NCBI GenBank assembly: GCA_963720375.1
Contig: CAVRFM010000015.1
Location: forward strand, 106,999-170,998
Direction: 5' to 3'
Source: an uncultured Chloroflexia bacterium
Lineage (GTDB): Bacteria > Chloroflexota > Dehalococcoidia > UBA2247 > RBG-13-53-26
Length of the DNA: 64,000 bases
Shown one piece after another: positions 62,678-64,000 of this stretch. Positions within the stretch are counted from its first letter, which is position 1. Each line of letters starts with the position of its first letter. Below the pieces are notes generated by a model. The model was not told the DNA's origin. It worked only from the letters and a program-made list of their open reading frames with translations, and searched no databases. The position numbers and the translations under genes were made by a program.

Positions 62678-63808
62678 TTACTCCGGCCTATGCCGGGGCA
62701 GGACTATTCTGAAGGTGCTCCCTTGATCTGGGACGCTCTCCACAGAGACAGAGCCCTTGTGATCCTCGGCAATTTTTTTCACTATGGCCAGACCAAGGCC
62801 AGTGCCGCCGTGAGCGCGTGACCTGGACTTATCGACGCGATAGAAGCGGTCAAATATGCGCTGTTGATCGGTCTGGGAAATGCCGATGCCGTTGTCTTGC
62901 ACCTGGATAATAACATCTGAGTCTCCAGCCTGAGCCGAAACCTTCACCATGCCGCCGGGCCGGTTATATTTGATGGCATTGTCAACGAGATTAATAATCG
63001 CCTGCTTAAGACGCATGGCATCGCCTCTGACAACAACATCATGCGCTGGTGGCTCCACTTGCAGGCTGATGCCAGATGCTGCTGCATTAGCCCTTTCCTC
63101 CATGGCCACCTCATCCACAATGGATGCCACATTTACCACTGACCACCCCGACTGGGTCGGACCTCCCTCTGAGAGCATGAGGAGGCCATCGTTGACACTG
63201 GTCATCCGCTCCAGGCTCAACTTGATCACTTCCATCGCGTGTTTGTAGTCCGCCGTGGTTGCCCCTTCGTCCATCTCAACGACTTCAAGGTTGGTCTGGG
63301 CTATGGCGATAGGAGTCCTGAGTTCATGCGAGGCGTCCTGAATGAACTGTTTTTGAGATTCGAAAGCGCTATCCAAACGCTGAAGCATTTCATCAAAGGT
63401 ATCGGCAAGGTGCTTCAGTTCATCGCTGGGACCCTGATGGTTGATCCTTTCTTTGAGGTTTCTTTGGGAAATCCGTTCTGCCAGTGAAGAGATGCGCTCA
63501 ACAGGCTTGAGCATCGTTCCAGAAAGGATGTAGCCGCCGACTACCCCAACAACCAGGACTGCTCCAATACCCATCAGGGAGTAGTTGCGCAGATTCCGCA
63601 GATTTCGGTCTCTTTCATCTTGGATCACTTGTCTCCATGACGGGACATCATAAGGAGGCGTTTCTGGCATCGTGGGTCCGGATCCCCGCATAGCGGCGTT
63701 GACTCCAATGACCAGCCCCACCAGGATGAGAATGAGAAATGCCGAATACCACAGCGTGAGTCGGAAACGTATGGTCTTCATAAAGGGAGGTACCTTCATG
63801 TTAAACAC
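62678..63808 (-). CDS. HAMP sensor histidine kinase
   Basis: DASHELRTPI, NLVDNAIKY, DNGIGI, GTGLGL. Confidence 0.95.
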   Translation of the reverse strand: MFNMKVPPFMKTIRFRLTLWYSAFLILILVGLVIGVNAAMRGSGPTMPETPPYDVPSWRQVIQDERDRNLRNLRNYSLMGIGAVLVVGVVGGYILSGTMLKPVERISSLAERISQRNLKERINHQGPSDELKHLADTFDEMLQRLDSAFESQKQFIQDASHELRTPIAIAQTNLEVVEMDEGATTADYKHAMEVIKLSLERMTSVNDGLLMLSEGGPTQSGWSVVNVASIVDEVAMEERANAAASGISLQVEPPAHDVVVRGDAMRLKQAIINLVDNAIKYNRPGGMVKVSAQAGDSDVIIQVQDNGIGISQTDQQRIFDRFYRVDKSRSRAHGGTGLGLAIVKKIAEDHKGSVSVESVPDQGSTFRIVLPRHRPE

Positions 63809-63915
63809 CCCTTTCTCTTGCCGGTGGAGACCAACTTCCGAGACCAGAGATCATCTTGTTATGCGTGCTGCTGGTGTGGATCCTTGAGGTGTGAGTAAAG
63901 AGGCTGGCATTGTCA

Positions 63916-64000
63916 CTAATCAATCATGTATCCTTTCTCTTTGATTGTTGAGATCAGCCCCTCTCCACCGGCTGCGTTCAGCTTTTTGCGAAGGTTATTG
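63916..64000 (-). CDS. C-terminus of OmpR-family response regulator (truncated by window)
   Basis: Manual translation NNLRKKLNAAGGEGLISTIKEKGYMID*, upstream of the kinase. Confidence 0.75.
   Translation of the reverse strand, partial: NNLRKKLNAAGGEGLISTIKEKGYMID

Noticed and set aside
1-64000. tRNA/rRNA genes and transposases
   Set aside because: None recognised by eye; tRNAscan-SE and ISEScan would confirm

Overview
Bacterial chromosomal window from an anaerobe, probably Chloroflexota/Dehalococcoidia-like (inferred from gene content; not verified). 1-11.4 kb: gas-vesicle operon (gvpA, a GvpC-like protein with 40-aa repeats, gvpN, sHsp, CDC48-type AAA+, two gvpF/L, gvpG, two gvpJ-type, gvpK, gvpO), with unusual fusions. 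11.7-33 kb: metabolic and transport genes (SDRs, TetR/ABC, MFS, DrrAB-like, LUD-FeS fusion, AOR). 33.3-36.7 kb: accessory island with a type II-A (Ec86/St85-like) retron made of an NDT effector, a wHTH ORF, a candidate msr-msd and an RT, divergent from a solo Cas4/Exo5-like nuclease. 37.2-39.8 kb: OmpR-type two-component system bracketed by two copies of an apparent regulator-controlled sRNA gene (11-bp-phased boxes, -10, C-rich hairpin, terminator), reminiscent of CiaR-dependent csRNAs. 41-56.6 kb: housekeeping genes (hisS, pyrF, rib operon, ECF/anti-sigma, lepB, pyrE, rho, fsa, pyrG, M16 peptidase). 56.7-58.7 kb: small accessory genes, two sharing a duplicated promoter and N-terminal tag. 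End: MCP, HtrA and a second TCS. Several genes carry single-base frameshifts, mostly apparent +1 insertions, so gene splits may be sequencing errors.
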